51,754 nt of DNA. It comes from Escherichia virus TH30. The notes under the pieces are model-generated. The model did no database searches. It had not been told where the DNA came from and saw nothing but the letters and a program-made list of their open reading frames with translations. This document shows, in pieces, positions 1 through 10,672 of the stretch (position 1 is its first letter; each line of letters begins with the position of its first letter). A program made the translations under genes and the position numbers. The stretch is from sequence record MT446404.1; one strand, given 5' to 3'.

Positions 1-427
1 TACGCGACTGGTTGCGTTAATCAAGTGGTTACATGTAGATATTTGTAATCGCGTGTATGCAATGGCGTTAGTTACATAAAATGGCTATCCGGAACAGCTA
101 TAGCTAGATGTAAATAGCGTGTATATCGTGTATATCATTTTTCTCGGAGGGTGCATTAGTGTATGCGTGATTAGATACTGTATAAATAACCATATTAGAA
201 ATTTATAAGAGGAACACTCTATAGAAGTAGTTACACGATATACACAGTAATATATATAATAATAATAATAAGAGTAAAAGGTTGATATATATAGATATTT
301 TAATGTAACTATCGCGTAACTAGGCGTAACAGCGCGTATATCATTTTCCGCGGATGAGATTGTATACATCGAGTTACATCGGTTACATGTATATCGTTGC
401 ATTTACTGCATTATGAGGATAAAATAA
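1..427. repeat. Left copy of exact 427-bp direct terminal repeat; AT-rich, dense in GTTAC/GTAAC and short direct repeats
   Basis: Window start matches 51328 onward; six-frame ORF 85..402 is identical in translation to ORF 51412..51729 (offset 51327). Confidence 0.9.
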
Positions 428-454
428 ACGCTCACTAACACTGGAGGATTCAAT

Positions 455-763
455 ATGTCTGGATTGCAAGCGTGGGATGCAAACGGGAACATCGTCGCAG
501 ACCTGGGAGATTACACGATTAAATTCATAGGACGATATTCGATGAGCATCGCCGACAACGCCTCGACCGCCTCAATATCCGTTGGCGGGATTGATGGCAA
601 TAACTCATTCGCCAATGTCATGAAAACAAATGGAACCACTGACGGGTCGATACGAACTGACATCGTGGCGAAGACTAAAAGCGGAGGTGTGGATCTGCTA
701 TACCTGCCAACTGGTAACTCCGGTGGCGTCACCGCAGATATTGAAGTTTACAAATTCATGTAA
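455..763 (+). CDS. hypothetical protein (102 aa)
   Basis: ORF with GGAG-type RBS just upstream; no recognisable motif. Confidence 0.4.
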   Translation: MSGLQAWDANGNIVADLGDYTIKFIGRYSMSIADNASTASISVGGIDGNNSFANVMKTNGTTDGSIRTDIVAKTKSGGVDLLYLPTGNSGGVTADIEVYKFM

Positions 764-772
764 GGGGGAATC

Positions 773-1423
773 ATGTCGGGATTTGAAGTCTTCAATAACG
801 CTGGCGTATCTGTGATTAACTCAGATCACAAACATTCGCTATTTGACTCAATATACAACCCAAGCGTTCCTTACGTCGGGGATTACGATCTTGGCACAAA
901 GTTCGGGAACCTTAGCGAGTTGGGATACATCAATACCATTGACAGGAGAAAGGACGGCTTTTTGTACTGGATACAGTTTACGCAGAATGACGCCTGGGCT
1001 TTCCCTGGATCTGATCTGTTCAAGGCTGGTAATTTCAGAGTAATAAGGACCAGCAGGACTAAGGAGATCACGTCTGGATACTGCGACGTGTTTGACTCTA
1101 ACGGTCAGTTGATTTGGAGTGCTGCGAGCGCTGGTACAATGCCACGCATCATGGGATTTCTTGATGTAGATCCTTCATTCGATCTCAACAATAACATAGC
1201 GTCAGTAACTCCAGGCTTTAATCCTTTCTTCTTGTGGGGCGCTTGCGCTGGCTCAATGAGTACGGATGGCGTAGTCGCTGGCTATTCCGGCAACCTCATG
1301 CGCTGGACCGGATCGCAACTACAAACGACGTGGATTAACCAGAACCAGAGAACATTCCAGGAGATTTATAACGGAAGGGGAAACATGAAAATCCCTTACG
1401 CAAAATTCCAGGGTTACAACTAA
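773..1423 (+). CDS. hypothetical protein (216 aa), possibly tail/adsorption-associated by position
   Basis: ORF 10 nt after the previous stop, convergent with the J-like fibre gene. Confidence 0.4.
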   Translation: MSGFEVFNNAGVSVINSDHKHSLFDSIYNPSVPYVGDYDLGTKFGNLSELGYINTIDRRKDGFLYWIQFTQNDAWAFPGSDLFKAGNFRVIRTSRTKEITSGYCDVFDSNGQLIWSAASAGTMPRIMGFLDVDPSFDLNNNIASVTPGFNPFFLWGACAGSMSTDGVVAGYSGNLMRWTGSQLQTTWINQNQRTFQEIYNGRGNMKIPYAKFQGYN

Positions 1424-1497
1424 CAGCACGAATAGCTAAAACAAATCCCAAGGAAGGGTATAGAATCACCTCATCCTAAACAAATGAGCAAACACCA

Positions 1498-1836
1498 ATG
1501 AAAAAATTAATCATCGTAGCGGCCCTCTTAGCGTCATTCAGTGCGAACGCTTTTAATGCAAATATCGGCTACTCAATTCCGGCAGCGCGCATCTCCCTGA
1601 CTGGTGAGGTGAGTTTCACTATTGACTGTGCCACGAAAGAAATTGAGATTCACGACTCAACTAACGAAATGTTCACTCGCCACATCAAAGCGAACAAAAG
1701 CGTGATGTGCTACAAGGACGATAATGTGTATAACGTAACATTCAAATATGAGCGCGGTAGCAAGGTAATCACTAACCTGCTCGCCACTCAGCCGAATAGA
1801 TTCCTTCCAAAACCTAACACCGTAGAAATGATGTAA
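1498..1836 (+). CDS. secreted protein with N-terminal signal peptide (112 aa)
   Basis: N-terminus MKKLIIVAALLASFSANA is a classic Sec signal with AXA cleavage site; no lipobox Cys. Confidence 0.5.
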   Translation: MKKLIIVAALLASFSANAFNANIGYSIPAARISLTGEVSFTIDCATKEIEIHDSTNEMFTRHIKANKSVMCYKDDNVYNVTFKYERGSKVITNLLATQPNRFLPKPNTVEMM

Positions 1837-1866
1837 AAAAAGGGGCCAATCGGCCCCTTAATTATT
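1834..1866. terminator. bidirectional rho-independent terminator between convergent genes
   Basis: A-run, GGGGCC-aatc-GGCCCC hairpin, T-rich tail. Confidence 0.7.
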
Positions 1867-4800
1867 ACCACAATCCCATCCTTACTCGTAACCTCCCGCT
1901 TGCGTCATAAACCTGAATGATGTTGTTGCTAATCACCATTCGACCAGTGCCAGCATTTCCGTTCAGTTCAAAGTTGCCATTCTTATCAATCGCCCACCCC
2001 TGACTTCCTTGAACGTAGTTGTTAGATTGTATCCTGTTACCAATCTTCGCGTTCGTGATTGAACCGTCCTGGATGAATGCGCTTTGCATAAACACTTGAT
2101 TATTTTCCACTACAAAAGGCAGTGACCACTGACCGGAACCACTACTAATCCCGTTACTGATCGCGAACCTTCCAGCGTCAAAAATCATCTGGCTGCGAAC
2201 ATTTCCACCGGAACCAACTAGCTCCATGCTCATTCCTGCCCCATACTCCATGCCGTTGTACTTAAGGCCAAGTTTAACGCCATACTGAACGCCAACCGAA
2301 CCTGCTGATGCGTATGACTCAAGTTTTTGCGTTAGCGCCGCCTCGTTATTACCAATCCTTGAGCTTAACGCTGTGTCAGCGGATGTTCTCGCATCAGTCT
2401 CCGTTGCTAGTGCTGTTTTAACTTCAGTGATAGAAGCCACAACCTCGTTATCGATCTGCGCCTTTAACTCAGTCATTGCCTCAACCCTTGCCTGCGTTTC
2501 ATCAGTGATAAGATTTACTGCCTGTGTGAATTGAGCCTTCCTATTTCCGCTCTCCTTCCTCATAATCTTAACATCAGCATCATTGGCAAGGGCATTCTCA
2601 AGTATTGATTCAGCCTGGTTCTGTATGCTAGACGCTGACTTATTCGCGTTTTCAAGTAAGTACTTGTAACCCTCAGATTGTTCTATATCAACCTTTATTT
2701 CACCAATAATTGCAGATACATCATCAGACGTCATACCTCTCACAAAGTCAGTCCACGGAGACTGATTACCTATTCTGTCTATCAATCTCGCCCTGTACCA
2801 AATTACCATTCCGGCTGGTAGCGTTGAGTGCCAGTATTCGTGCTGAGGATAAGGAATAAGTGTTAACAGTGATGCGTTGTCTGGATTGTATGTGCCGTCA
2901 CCGTTATCTTTAACTTGCTGCAATTCTATGTATGCCGTGTCGCCTGAATCGGCAGGGAATCCCCACTTAACCCTAATCCCAAAAACCTCGTCCGTACTGG
3001 CTGTCATGTTAATCGGCTTACTTGGTAGCCCGACCTTGCCAGTTAACCCAGCACTCACAACTCCAGACCATGGAGACGCATTATCGCCGCCTGAGATGCT
3101 CCTTACACGTACGTGATAATTGCCTGCATAAATCCCTTCAACCTCAACTTCCGAGTTTGCTGTGCGCGGTACGTTCATCCAGTTGCCGTTATCCTTGCGC
3201 CACTGCACATCGTACTTGCTCGCGTACTGAACCTTATCCCATCCGATGACCATCGTTTCAACGCTAAGCCCTTGGACAATTCTTGAATACGAGCTAACGC
3301 TGATATTCTTCGGAGGCTGCATATTGTCAGGGTCAACAATACTGGTTGGCCTGTCATCAATATTTACGCCGTAGTCGATTTCGTCGTACTTATTCGGATC
3401 GTATTCAACTGCCGTGATGCTGTATGTAAACTCATCATCTCCGTCGCCCTTCGTAATTGCCGTTACAACGTATTGCTGCAAAGCTATGTCAGTGCGGTCG
3501 ATTGCGAATACTGTGTTTGGTTGAACATCAAAGCCAAATCCAACGTTAAGCTCAATAGTTTTCCCGTCCGCAGACACCTTTGAAATTGTCCGGCGTACCG
3601 GATTTCCGTCAGCCTTGTTCACGATAATGAAATCACCAGCGCGCGCATCGACCTTAAAGTGTGTGAACACTTGCAGGCCAGACACTTCCATCACACGACC
3701 TGATAACGAAAGCGTCAGGTTACTTGACCAGAAGTTATCAGCGATTGCTACCACGTCGCCAATCATAGGAATCATACCCTCAAGTCCAGTTGCAAAACTC
3801 ACCGTCGTGCTGCGAAGGTTTGTCTTGAGAACCCAGCGGCCCCGTCGGTTCGCTTCACTGCGTCGAGTACATCCGATCGCTGTGATGCTTGTAGGGTTAT
3901 GCCCGAAGCGTAACGAAGCGTTAAGGTCGAACACCCCCTCGATGTCCTGGCTGTACATATTCTGCTCGTCGTCGAACGTGACGTTGCAGGTTGTGTACAT
4001 GCTTTTTTCACTTGCGAACGTATAGGCAAATGAGCCATCAACGACGTTATCGTTAGTGAAAATATACGACGCCTCTCTCGGTCGGTCGATGACAATTGAA
4101 AGGCTCTCGCCGTTCCAGAAGCTCATTCCACGGAATATTGAGCAAATGTCTCGCACAAGATTGTACGCTTCAACCTGAGATTGAATCACCACATCGCAAA
4201 GATAGCGCGGCTCTGTTCCGCCGTGACCGTCTGGTACTTTCTGATCGCAGTATTGACCAGCATCATAGAGTGACCACTTATCAACCGCGATCCCCAACTC
4301 ACGCTGGTCGAGTCCGTAGCGCTGATTGGTGATCAAATCATAAAGCACCCACGCTGGATTATTTGACCATGCTTTTTTAAAGCTCCCATCCCATGTGCCG
4401 CTATACTCTCGAAGCTCGGGATTGTAGTTACTCGGCACGTTAATGATTTTCCATTTCTTTTTCGTGCTAATGCTTGGGATCTGCGGGAATAGCTCGCTGT
4501 TAAACTCGACGTAAACAAGACCGGTCAGAGGGTAACGGAATTTAGCGTCAACCACTTCCGCGTAAGACTGAATGTTTATCGTGTCAACGACGCGCGCATC
4601 AGTTGAATCTGAAGTTACACGGCGGACTCGAAGCAATACCTGCTCATTAAACGCAGGAAGATCGATTCTCTTTGTCTTGTCATATCCGCTAATAGTCTTC
4701 CCGTCTATTGTGTCCAGCAACACCTCCTGATAGCTCCCGCCATCAACCGCCATGTCAACGGCCCACTTGACAACTACACCTACCATATCGCCGTTTTCTT

Positions 4801-5197
4801 TCGTGGTAACGCCTCGAGGCATCAGGATTTTTACGCGGACTGCCGATAGCTGCTTGTTAGTTACCGAGATCACGTAAGGCGTCGTTGTTTTCAATTCACG
4901 ACCTACAGTGAACTCAGCAGCCGTGTCGTTGAAGCCTTTGATGTAATCCTGCGTCTGCGTACCAGGTCGGAACTCAGCCGTTACGCCTTCATAGTTAACC
5001 TCACCGGAAGGTGCAATTACAGGAACATCATTAAGATACAAGTCCTTTAATGAGAAATTAGCATCAACCTCGCCATCACTAACAGCGAGCAAAACCTTAA
5101 TCTTGTTGATTGAGATCAGGTTATCTTCCATCTCCTGTGGGGTATGCGGCTTGCTGCTTCCACCCTTTCGGCCCGTCACTACACTATTTTTAATCAT
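1865..5197 (-). CDS. central tail fibre / host-specificity protein (lambda J-like, 1110 aa)
   Basis: Size and position downstream of I/K/L/M homologues; fibronectin-III-like internal segment. Confidence 0.75.
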   Translation of the reverse strand: MIKNSVVTGRKGGSSKPHTPQEMEDNLISINKIKVLLAVSDGEVDANFSLKDLYLNDVPVIAPSGEVNYEGVTAEFRPGTQTQDYIKGFNDTAAEFTVGRELKTTTPYVISVTNKQLSAVRVKILMPRGVTTKENGDMVGVVVKWAVDMAVDGGSYQEVLLDTIDGKTISGYDKTKRIDLPAFNEQVLLRVRRVTSDSTDARVVDTINIQSYAEVVDAKFRYPLTGLVYVEFNSELFPQIPSISTKKKWKIINVPSNYNPELREYSGTWDGSFKKAWSNNPAWVLYDLITNQRYGLDQRELGIAVDKWSLYDAGQYCDQKVPDGHGGTEPRYLCDVVIQSQVEAYNLVRDICSIFRGMSFWNGESLSIVIDRPREASYIFTNDNVVDGSFAYTFASEKSMYTTCNVTFDDEQNMYSQDIEGVFDLNASLRFGHNPTSITAIGCTRRSEANRRGRWVLKTNLRSTTVSFATGLEGMIPMIGDVVAIADNFWSSNLTLSLSGRVMEVSGLQVFTHFKVDARAGDFIIVNKADGNPVRRTISKVSADGKTIELNVGFGFDVQPNTVFAIDRTDIALQQYVVTAITKGDGDDEFTYSITAVEYDPNKYDEIDYGVNIDDRPTSIVDPDNMQPPKNISVSSYSRIVQGLSVETMVIGWDKVQYASKYDVQWRKDNGNWMNVPRTANSEVEVEGIYAGNYHVRVRSISGGDNASPWSGVVSAGLTGKVGLPSKPINMTASTDEVFGIRVKWGFPADSGDTAYIELQQVKDNGDGTYNPDNASLLTLIPYPQHEYWHSTLPAGMVIWYRARLIDRIGNQSPWTDFVRGMTSDDVSAIIGEIKVDIEQSEGYKYLLENANKSASSIQNQAESILENALANDADVKIMRKESGNRKAQFTQAVNLITDETQARVEAMTELKAQIDNEVVASITEVKTALATETDARTSADTALSSRIGNNEAALTQKLESYASAGSVGVQYGVKLGLKYNGMEYGAGMSMELVGSGGNVRSQMIFDAGRFAISNGISSGSGQWSLPFVVENNQVFMQSAFIQDGSITNAKIGNRIQSNNYVQGSQGWAIDKNGNFELNGNAGTGRMVISNNIIQVYDASGRLRVRMGLW

Positions 5198-5242
5198 GAT
5201 GTTTAGCCTTTCGTGCGATTTATCGAGGTTTCATTATACAGG

Positions 5243-5270
5243 CACAAAAAAACCCGCGCAAGGCGGGTTT
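5243..5270 (-). terminator. rho-independent terminator (minus strand) between I-like and J-like genes
   Basis: CCCGC-gcaag-GCGGG hairpin followed by U-run on the minus-strand transcript. Confidence 0.55.
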
Positions 5271-5273
5271 AAC

Positions 5274-5867
5274 TTAGGCCATATCTTCCGCAACGCTGTA
5301 GGCTGAGAACGTTGCTCCGCCTACCGTTCGATACCCATACGGCACAGGGATCGGGTTTCCTGCTGCGGTCGTGTTTACTGCGCCGCCGAAGGCGTATGAT
5401 GGTTTGTTCTTACTGCTTTGAACCTCCATCTTTGATCCGCCCTGCTGCGGTGAAATCATCTGCATTACGCCACCGAGAACCATTGCGCCGCCCATCATGA
5501 ACGCTGACGTTGCGAACGTACCCATAAGAGCCAGTGATGCGCCGCCAGTGTAGAATGCCGCCACCATCATCACCGCGCCGACAACAATCTGGAACATCCC
5601 TCCATTTTTTGAGCCTGTTGGAATAGGTATGATCCGAACTTCTTTCGCGCAACTGAATGCCGATTCATCATGTGGCCCAACGTTCTTACCATCAACGAAC
5701 ACAGCGAAGTGCATACGAGAGCCGATCTCGCTTTGCATGAACTCCTTGAATCCCGCAACCTGAGATGATAGCGCTCGGATAGCCTCGGGGTATGAGTCAA
5801 CATCATATTTGTGGAAAACGCCGAACCTGCGGCCCAGCGATCCTGACAGCTTGATTGTTTTTAACAT
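5274..5867 (-). CDS. tail assembly protein (lambda I-like, 197 aa)
   Basis: Gly/Ala-rich hydrophobic C-terminal half; synteny K-I-J. Confidence 0.55.
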   Translation of the reverse strand: MLKTIKLSGSLGRRFGVFHKYDVDSYPEAIRALSSQVAGFKEFMQSEIGSRMHFAVFVDGKNVGPHDESAFSCAKEVRIIPIPTGSKNGGMFQIVVGAVMMVAAFYTGGASLALMGTFATSAFMMGGAMVLGGVMQMISPQQGGSKMEVQSSKNKPSYAFGGAVNTTAAGNPIPVPYGYRTVGGATFSAYSVAEDMA

Positions 5868-6586
5868 TTATCTAACTCCTTATGCCTGCATATCATTACC
5901 GTGTGATCCTGGAACCATCCTGAGTAAATATCCGTCTTTGATAGCTTACCAAATGCGTGATGTAGGAGTTGATTATTGCCAAGGTAAATCCCTGCATGGT
6001 TCCATACATCAGATTGTAATTTCATGATAATCATGTCACCAGGCTCAGGATCCTTTCCGGTTTCAACAAAACCCTCTTTAATGTAGTTGTCCTGGTATAG
6101 ATTCTCACCATACTCAGGTTTCCACCACTCGTAAGGTTTTCTGAAGTCATTCAGGATTACGCCTTGCTCCTTGTGCCATGCCATAACCAGCCCCCAGCAA
6201 TCGAAAGAGCCAAGCGACCAGGGCCGACCAATCAGCGGCATGGCTTCTGGATGAACGATTCTCATGTCACCTTCCGGCAGGCTTACAATCACCCATGGCA
6301 CTTCCATCTCATTCAATACGCACAGGTCATGCGCGCTTGGTAAAGTGGTTGCCCCGTCGCCCGTATGGCTGTGCACGATGGCGATCGTGGTTAGGTCGGC
6401 GTCATCCTCAATGCAAGCGTACTGTACCGAATGAAGCTGAAAACCTTTTTCCGGTTCTGAGTGAACGTTGTCAACGGGCCAGTATTTCTGAACCCGCCCC
6501 TTTTGAGTCACCACGCCGCAACATTCATTGGGGTATACTGATTTCGCATGTTCGAAGATTGCCATCTTAATTTTGCCGTTAATCAT
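5861..6586 (-). CDS. tail assembly protein K-like with JAB/MPN and NlpC/P60-like parts
   Basis: HSHTGDG...SAHD resembles the JAMM HxH...D metal site; Cys-containing N-terminal part; synteny. Confidence 0.65.
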   Translation of the reverse strand: MINGKIKMAIFEHAKSVYPNECCGVVTQKGRVQKYWPVDNVHSEPEKGFQLHSVQYACIEDDADLTTIAIVHSHTGDGATTLPSAHDLCVLNEMEVPWVIVSLPEGDMRIVHPEAMPLIGRPWSLGSFDCWGLVMAWHKEQGVILNDFRKPYEWWKPEYGENLYQDNYIKEGFVETGKDPEPGDMIIMKLQSDVWNHAGIYLGNNQLLHHAFGKLSKTDIYSGWFQDHTVMICRHKELDKC

Positions 6587-7329
6587 TGGTTTTTCCTGTC
6601 AAGTGATGCGACCGCGCAGCCGCCGAAATCTAATTCATTTTTGTCGCCAAATCGTAATTTGCAGGCAGTTACCGTTCCTGCGCATACGTCCTGTGATGGA
6701 TCAGTTACTGGATTGTTGTCTTTGTCAAACATCCGACTTCCATTATAACCACACCCATTTCCGCTACGATACCATCCACGCTGCGCCCAAAAACAAACGC
6801 TCTGAGTGACTCGCGGTGGAATCATGATTCCGTCCATGTCGTATGGTGAGGTAAGGTCAAATCGCGCAACATTCTGATCCACGAAGTTAGGTCGCTCAAC
6901 GTAGTAAACGTATTTCCTGAAGTCACCAGGGGAAACGTCGCCGTTGCTGCCGAGCATTTCTCGTGATGTTATCCAGATGGTCACCTTGGCCTGCATCATG
7001 CCGTTGTAGGACCGAATAAGTGCCGATACTCGACTATCAAGGTTAGATAAGGTTAATTGTGGCTTTCCAGCCTTTCCGTTACCGTTTAGGTCAATTCCTG
7101 ATATGCCGAAAGGACGAGCGCCATATTCATTTCCCTGAAAGGTGATCGTTTTTGGCTGAAGGCTTCCGCCTGGCTGAGTTGCTGCGAGAATCTCCTCCGG
7201 CGTAAACTGGATGTTCTCGTTGTGGAATCGGTAGACCTGCGCGCCGAATTTCGTTCCGTCAACGTCAATTAGCGTCATGATCTCACCAGGGAACAGCCCC
7301 TGCAATACGTTTTCAAACTTAGGCGTCAT
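6583..7329 (-). CDS. minor tail protein (lambda L-like, 248 aa)
   Basis: Position between M-like and K-like genes; C-terminal Cys cluster. Confidence 0.6.
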   Translation of the reverse strand: MTPKFENVLQGLFPGEIMTLIDVDGTKFGAQVYRFHNENIQFTPEEILAATQPGGSLQPKTITFQGNEYGARPFGISGIDLNGNGKAGKPQLTLSNLDSRVSALIRSYNGMMQAKVTIWITSREMLGSNGDVSPGDFRKYVYYVERPNFVDQNVARFDLTSPYDMDGIMIPPRVTQSVCFWAQRGWYRSGNGCGYNGSRMFDKDNNPVTDPSQDVCAGTVTACKLRFGDKNELDFGGCAVASLDRKNQ

Positions 7330-7340
7330 GGTATTTCCTC

Positions 7341-7372
7341 CAATAAAAAAGCCCCCGTTAGGAGGCTTTATT
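7341..7372 (-). terminator. hairpin plus U-run between M-like and L-like genes
   Basis: GCCCCC-gtta-GGAGGC imperfect stem flanked by A/T runs. Confidence 0.4.
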
Positions 7373-7720
7373 CTACACTGCTGTGAATGCTTCTACAATG
7401 GTGCATTTTACTACGAGAAGTCCGCGACCGATTGGCTGAGTATTCAGCGTATCCGGCTTCAATAAGAATACGCCAATATTGTCCTCCGGCGGAGTGAAGG
7501 CAAAGGCTTTCAGTCGGTGAGATCGCAAAAATTCGCGTACTTCCTTCCAGTCTTTTCCAACGTAGCTGATTGCGTACTCTCTTCGCTCGGTGTTATAGCC
7601 AGACGATGCAACCTGACGGAACCCGTTTCCAAACTGCACCTGTCTGTCATTGTTGGTGACTGTCATTACACCGCCACCATCCTGAACCTGCACGCACCAC
7701 TTGAACACGTCTAGGGCCAT
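7373..7720 (-). CDS. minor tail protein (lambda M-like, 115 aa)
   Basis: Size and position immediately downstream of the tape measure gene. Confidence 0.55.
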   Translation of the reverse strand: MALDVFKWCVQVQDGGGVMTVTNNDRQVQFGNGFRQVASSGYNTERREYAISYVGKDWKEVREFLRSHRLKAFAFTPPEDNIGVFLLKPDTLNTQPIGRGLLVVKCTIVEAFTAV

Positions 7721-7723
7721 TTA

Positions 7724-10636
7724 TTACGCTCCTGCTTTTCCGTTGATGTAATTGTAAACTTCGCCACCCTGGGAACATGATTCCTGAATCATTTGCTTGA
7801 AAATCATTTTCACGCCCTGCTCCATGCCCTTCGGATCGCTACCGTTATTGATGCTAACAGGGATACTTCCGATTGTCACGCCGCCAGCCATGATTGCACT
7901 ACCGACGCCACCGCTTGAAGTTCCACCAACCACGCCGCCATTCGCATAACCTCGCATCATTCGATAAAGGTTATCGACGCCAATTCGCTTGGTAGCTTCC
8001 TTGGTCATGACAAACTCACCTTTATGAACCGTGCCCGCTGGCTCATACTTACCGCCATCTCCGGTATAGCCGCCAGTGGCGAACCAACCTGAGTTGGCGA
8101 AGGAGAACCCCTTGCCGCTGCCGCCGCCCATCATGCCTGACAGTGAGTTAAAGATTACCATCTGCGTGATCATCTTAATGATCTGGCTGATAATGCTCTT
8201 TGCAAAGTCAGCAAAGTTAGCCTGGCCCGTCATCAGGAACTCGGTCATCATGTCTGTCAAACCGTTAAGGGCGTTACTTGCAATATTTTCTACGTTTCCG
8301 TACATATCCATAGCACTTTCGCCGTAGTCCGCAAATGCTTTCTGCGCCCCAGCAAGCCAGTCGCCTCGTTTCTCATCCTCATTGGCGTAATACTCGTTCT
8401 GCTTGTCAATCATTTTCTTGAGAGCTTCATCATCCTGACCGCCTCCCTTAGCCATGTACTCCGCTCGGATCTTCTCAAGCTGAATCTGGCGCTCTGCCTC
8501 AATAGTACCCATTGCGCGCGTTGCGTTAAGGCTTTTACTCGCTGCGTCAATCTGCATGATGAACTTCATTGAGTCGTCATTCAGTTTGTTGATCTGCTCC
8601 TGCTTAACAATTTGATCGCCAAGCTCCGCTTTCTCCTTCGCTAACGAAAGCACCTTTTGCTGACTGGCGAGCAATGCCTTTTCCTCGTTGGTCAGTTTAC
8701 GCTTGCTTTGCGCGTCCTGTAGGATTGAGATTTGAGCCTCAGTAGCCCACAGCGCCCGACGCTGGCTTGAGATCTTGTCGTTAATAGACTTATGATCTTC
8801 CAAAACTTTAAGCTGCGCCTTGAGAACATAAAGTTCTTTATCAAGCTGCTCGGTCGCACCTTTTGTGATGGCTCCCTTCGTGCTCTTAGTTTTCTTTCTG
8901 TTCTGCTCTTCAATGGCTTTCGCTTCCTTTTCTACAGCCTCCTTTGTCTCCTTGCTGTATTGCTTCTCAAGATCGCGTCGGCCCTTAAGTGCATTGATGT
9001 AACCCATCTCGCCCTTTTCTACTCGCGCGTTAATCACGTCAAGATCTTTTGCAAGGCTATCGTAGGTGTCCTTGGAGTTCTTAACGATAGTTTGCTGCTC
9101 GTTGAGAATATCCTTACCGAAATCACTCATACCAGGAAGGCTTTGCGTTGCCTTGATTGCCGATGCAATAAAGTTAGAAATGTATTCGTCACCCTTGGCG
9201 AGAATCATTTTCACCTGAATCACCGTACCGCTAACCACATCAATGATGAGGTTTAGAGCGCCGAGTGTATGATCGCCAACCCAACCCCAGGCGTCGGATG
9301 ACCATTTCTTAATGTCAGTCCACATTTTCTCAAGCGGCGTTGCTGTGCCTGCGATCTTGCTCATGCGTTCTTCCATAGTGTCAGCAAACAGCTTGGTCGC
9401 CGCCGTCACGGCTTCTGTTTCACCCTTGGCTTTAACAATCCCGTTGATATAGGTCAGCTGGCCTTTCTCAAGGAAGTTGTATTGCTCGTTCAGTTTAGCC
9501 AGACCTTTAACCGGATTATCTGCAATCTTGTCGAAGTCTTTAATAATATCGCTTGATGCTCTGCCCGTTGCGGCTGACCATTCAGCGGTGGCGCGGGTAA
9601 TATTCCTGATTTGGTCTTGGGTATATTTCCCACTCTTAGCAAGCTCAGTAGCGATGTCGCGGACGGTTCCGATAGTCGCGTTTCCAGTATCCGCAATCTT
9701 TGTTGCGATCTGGTCAAGGTCTGCCGCGCTCGCTGCTGCAAATCCGCCAGTCTCAATCAAGGCATTTTTCATGTCAGTGATGGATCGGTAGGAGTCGTAA
9801 CCAGATTTAGCCAGGCCAGCCAGTGCAATACCCATAGCACCCATACCAACCGTTACCGGATTAAGGTACGAAAGCAAAACCTTAAACGTGTTACCAATGC
9901 CGCCGAATGAGTCCTTGATCTGTCCGCCCTGCTGGATTGCAACCAACCATACTGGCATTCCGGAAGCAAGGGAAGTAACTACGTCGGTAATCTGCATTGG
10001 AAGAATGCGCAATGCGTTCTTGTACTCGCCAGCGGAAAGACCAGCCGCATTTGTCGCTACAGTCTGCTTATTCATCGCTGCGATTAAAGGAGCGGCCTGA
10101 GCAGACACGCCAAGCTGCGCCGCCTTCAATTCCAAAAGCTCTGTTTTGGTCATTGTCGCGGCGTTAGCTTGTTCTTGCAGTGATTTAAGGAATCTGTCAG
10201 CGTCCTTTGTTGCCGCCTCTTTGGCCTTTGAGTTAGCCATAGCCGCGCGGCCTTCTTCGGTCAGTGCCATCTTGGATCGGTTAAGTGCATTGATCTGAGT
10301 TTCAATCATGCTTGACAGATTGAAGAACTCGGCGTCTGGAACTAGGCCTTTGCTCCAGAGGTTGTCCAGGTCAACGCTCGCCTTCTGCAATTGACGCATT
10401 TTTCCGATTGTAGGATCGATAGCTTTCTCTACGTCGGCAAATTCTTTCTTCTGGCGCTTAACCTCGTTGTTGAACTCTTTCATCTTCTGCTTTGCGACTT
10501 GCTCTGCATCAATGAAATTGTCAAAGCTCTTTCCGGCTGTGTTATTCGCCCTGGATAAGTCATCCAGAGATTTAACCGCCGCGTCAACCTGGGATACGTC
10601 AACCCCAAGCGATAGCCCTGCAAATTTATCTGTCAT
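7724..10636 (-). CDS. tail tape measure protein (970 aa)
   Basis: Very long Ala/Lys/Glu-rich coiled-coil protein with Gly-rich C-terminal region, downstream of G/GT. Confidence 0.85.
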   Translation of the reverse strand: MTDKFAGLSLGVDVSQVDAAVKSLDDLSRANNTAGKSFDNFIDAEQVAKQKMKEFNNEVKRQKKEFADVEKAIDPTIGKMRQLQKASVDLDNLWSKGLVPDAEFFNLSSMIETQINALNRSKMALTEEGRAAMANSKAKEAATKDADRFLKSLQEQANAATMTKTELLELKAAQLGVSAQAAPLIAAMNKQTVATNAAGLSAGEYKNALRILPMQITDVVTSLASGMPVWLVAIQQGGQIKDSFGGIGNTFKVLLSYLNPVTVGMGAMGIALAGLAKSGYDSYRSITDMKNALIETGGFAAASAADLDQIATKIADTGNATIGTVRDIATELAKSGKYTQDQIRNITRATAEWSAATGRASSDIIKDFDKIADNPVKGLAKLNEQYNFLEKGQLTYINGIVKAKGETEAVTAATKLFADTMEERMSKIAGTATPLEKMWTDIKKWSSDAWGWVGDHTLGALNLIIDVVSGTVIQVKMILAKGDEYISNFIASAIKATQSLPGMSDFGKDILNEQQTIVKNSKDTYDSLAKDLDVINARVEKGEMGYINALKGRRDLEKQYSKETKEAVEKEAKAIEEQNRKKTKSTKGAITKGATEQLDKELYVLKAQLKVLEDHKSINDKISSQRRALWATEAQISILQDAQSKRKLTNEEKALLASQQKVLSLAKEKAELGDQIVKQEQINKLNDDSMKFIMQIDAASKSLNATRAMGTIEAERQIQLEKIRAEYMAKGGGQDDEALKKMIDKQNEYYANEDEKRGDWLAGAQKAFADYGESAMDMYGNVENIASNALNGLTDMMTEFLMTGQANFADFAKSIISQIIKMITQMVIFNSLSGMMGGGSGKGFSFANSGWFATGGYTGDGGKYEPAGTVHKGEFVMTKEATKRIGVDNLYRMMRGYANGGVVGGTSSGGVGSAIMAGGVTIGSIPVSINNGSDPKGMEQGVKMIFKQMIQESCSQGGEVYNYINGKAGA

Positions 10637-10650
10637 AAAACCCCCATACG

Positions 10651-10672
10651 AAAAAAGCGCCCGTAGGCGCTA
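10651..10672. terminator. hairpin with flanking A/T runs between GT chaperone stop and tape measure start
   Basis: GCGCC-cgta-GGCGC stem. Confidence 0.45.

Noticed and set aside
85-402. 105-aa ORF inside the left terminal repeat (identical copy at 51412..51729)
   Set aside because: Tyr-rich low-complexity translation of an AT-rich repeat tract with no RBS; more likely a binding-site array than a gene.
8792-9256. 154-aa plus-strand ORF inside the tape measure gene, and similar antisense ORFs inside the J-like fibre, capsid, helicase and exonuclease genes (e.g. 3615..4025, 14198..14680, 44459..44701, 50370..50987)
   Set aside because: Embedded antisense to long, well-supported genes, with no independent start signals.
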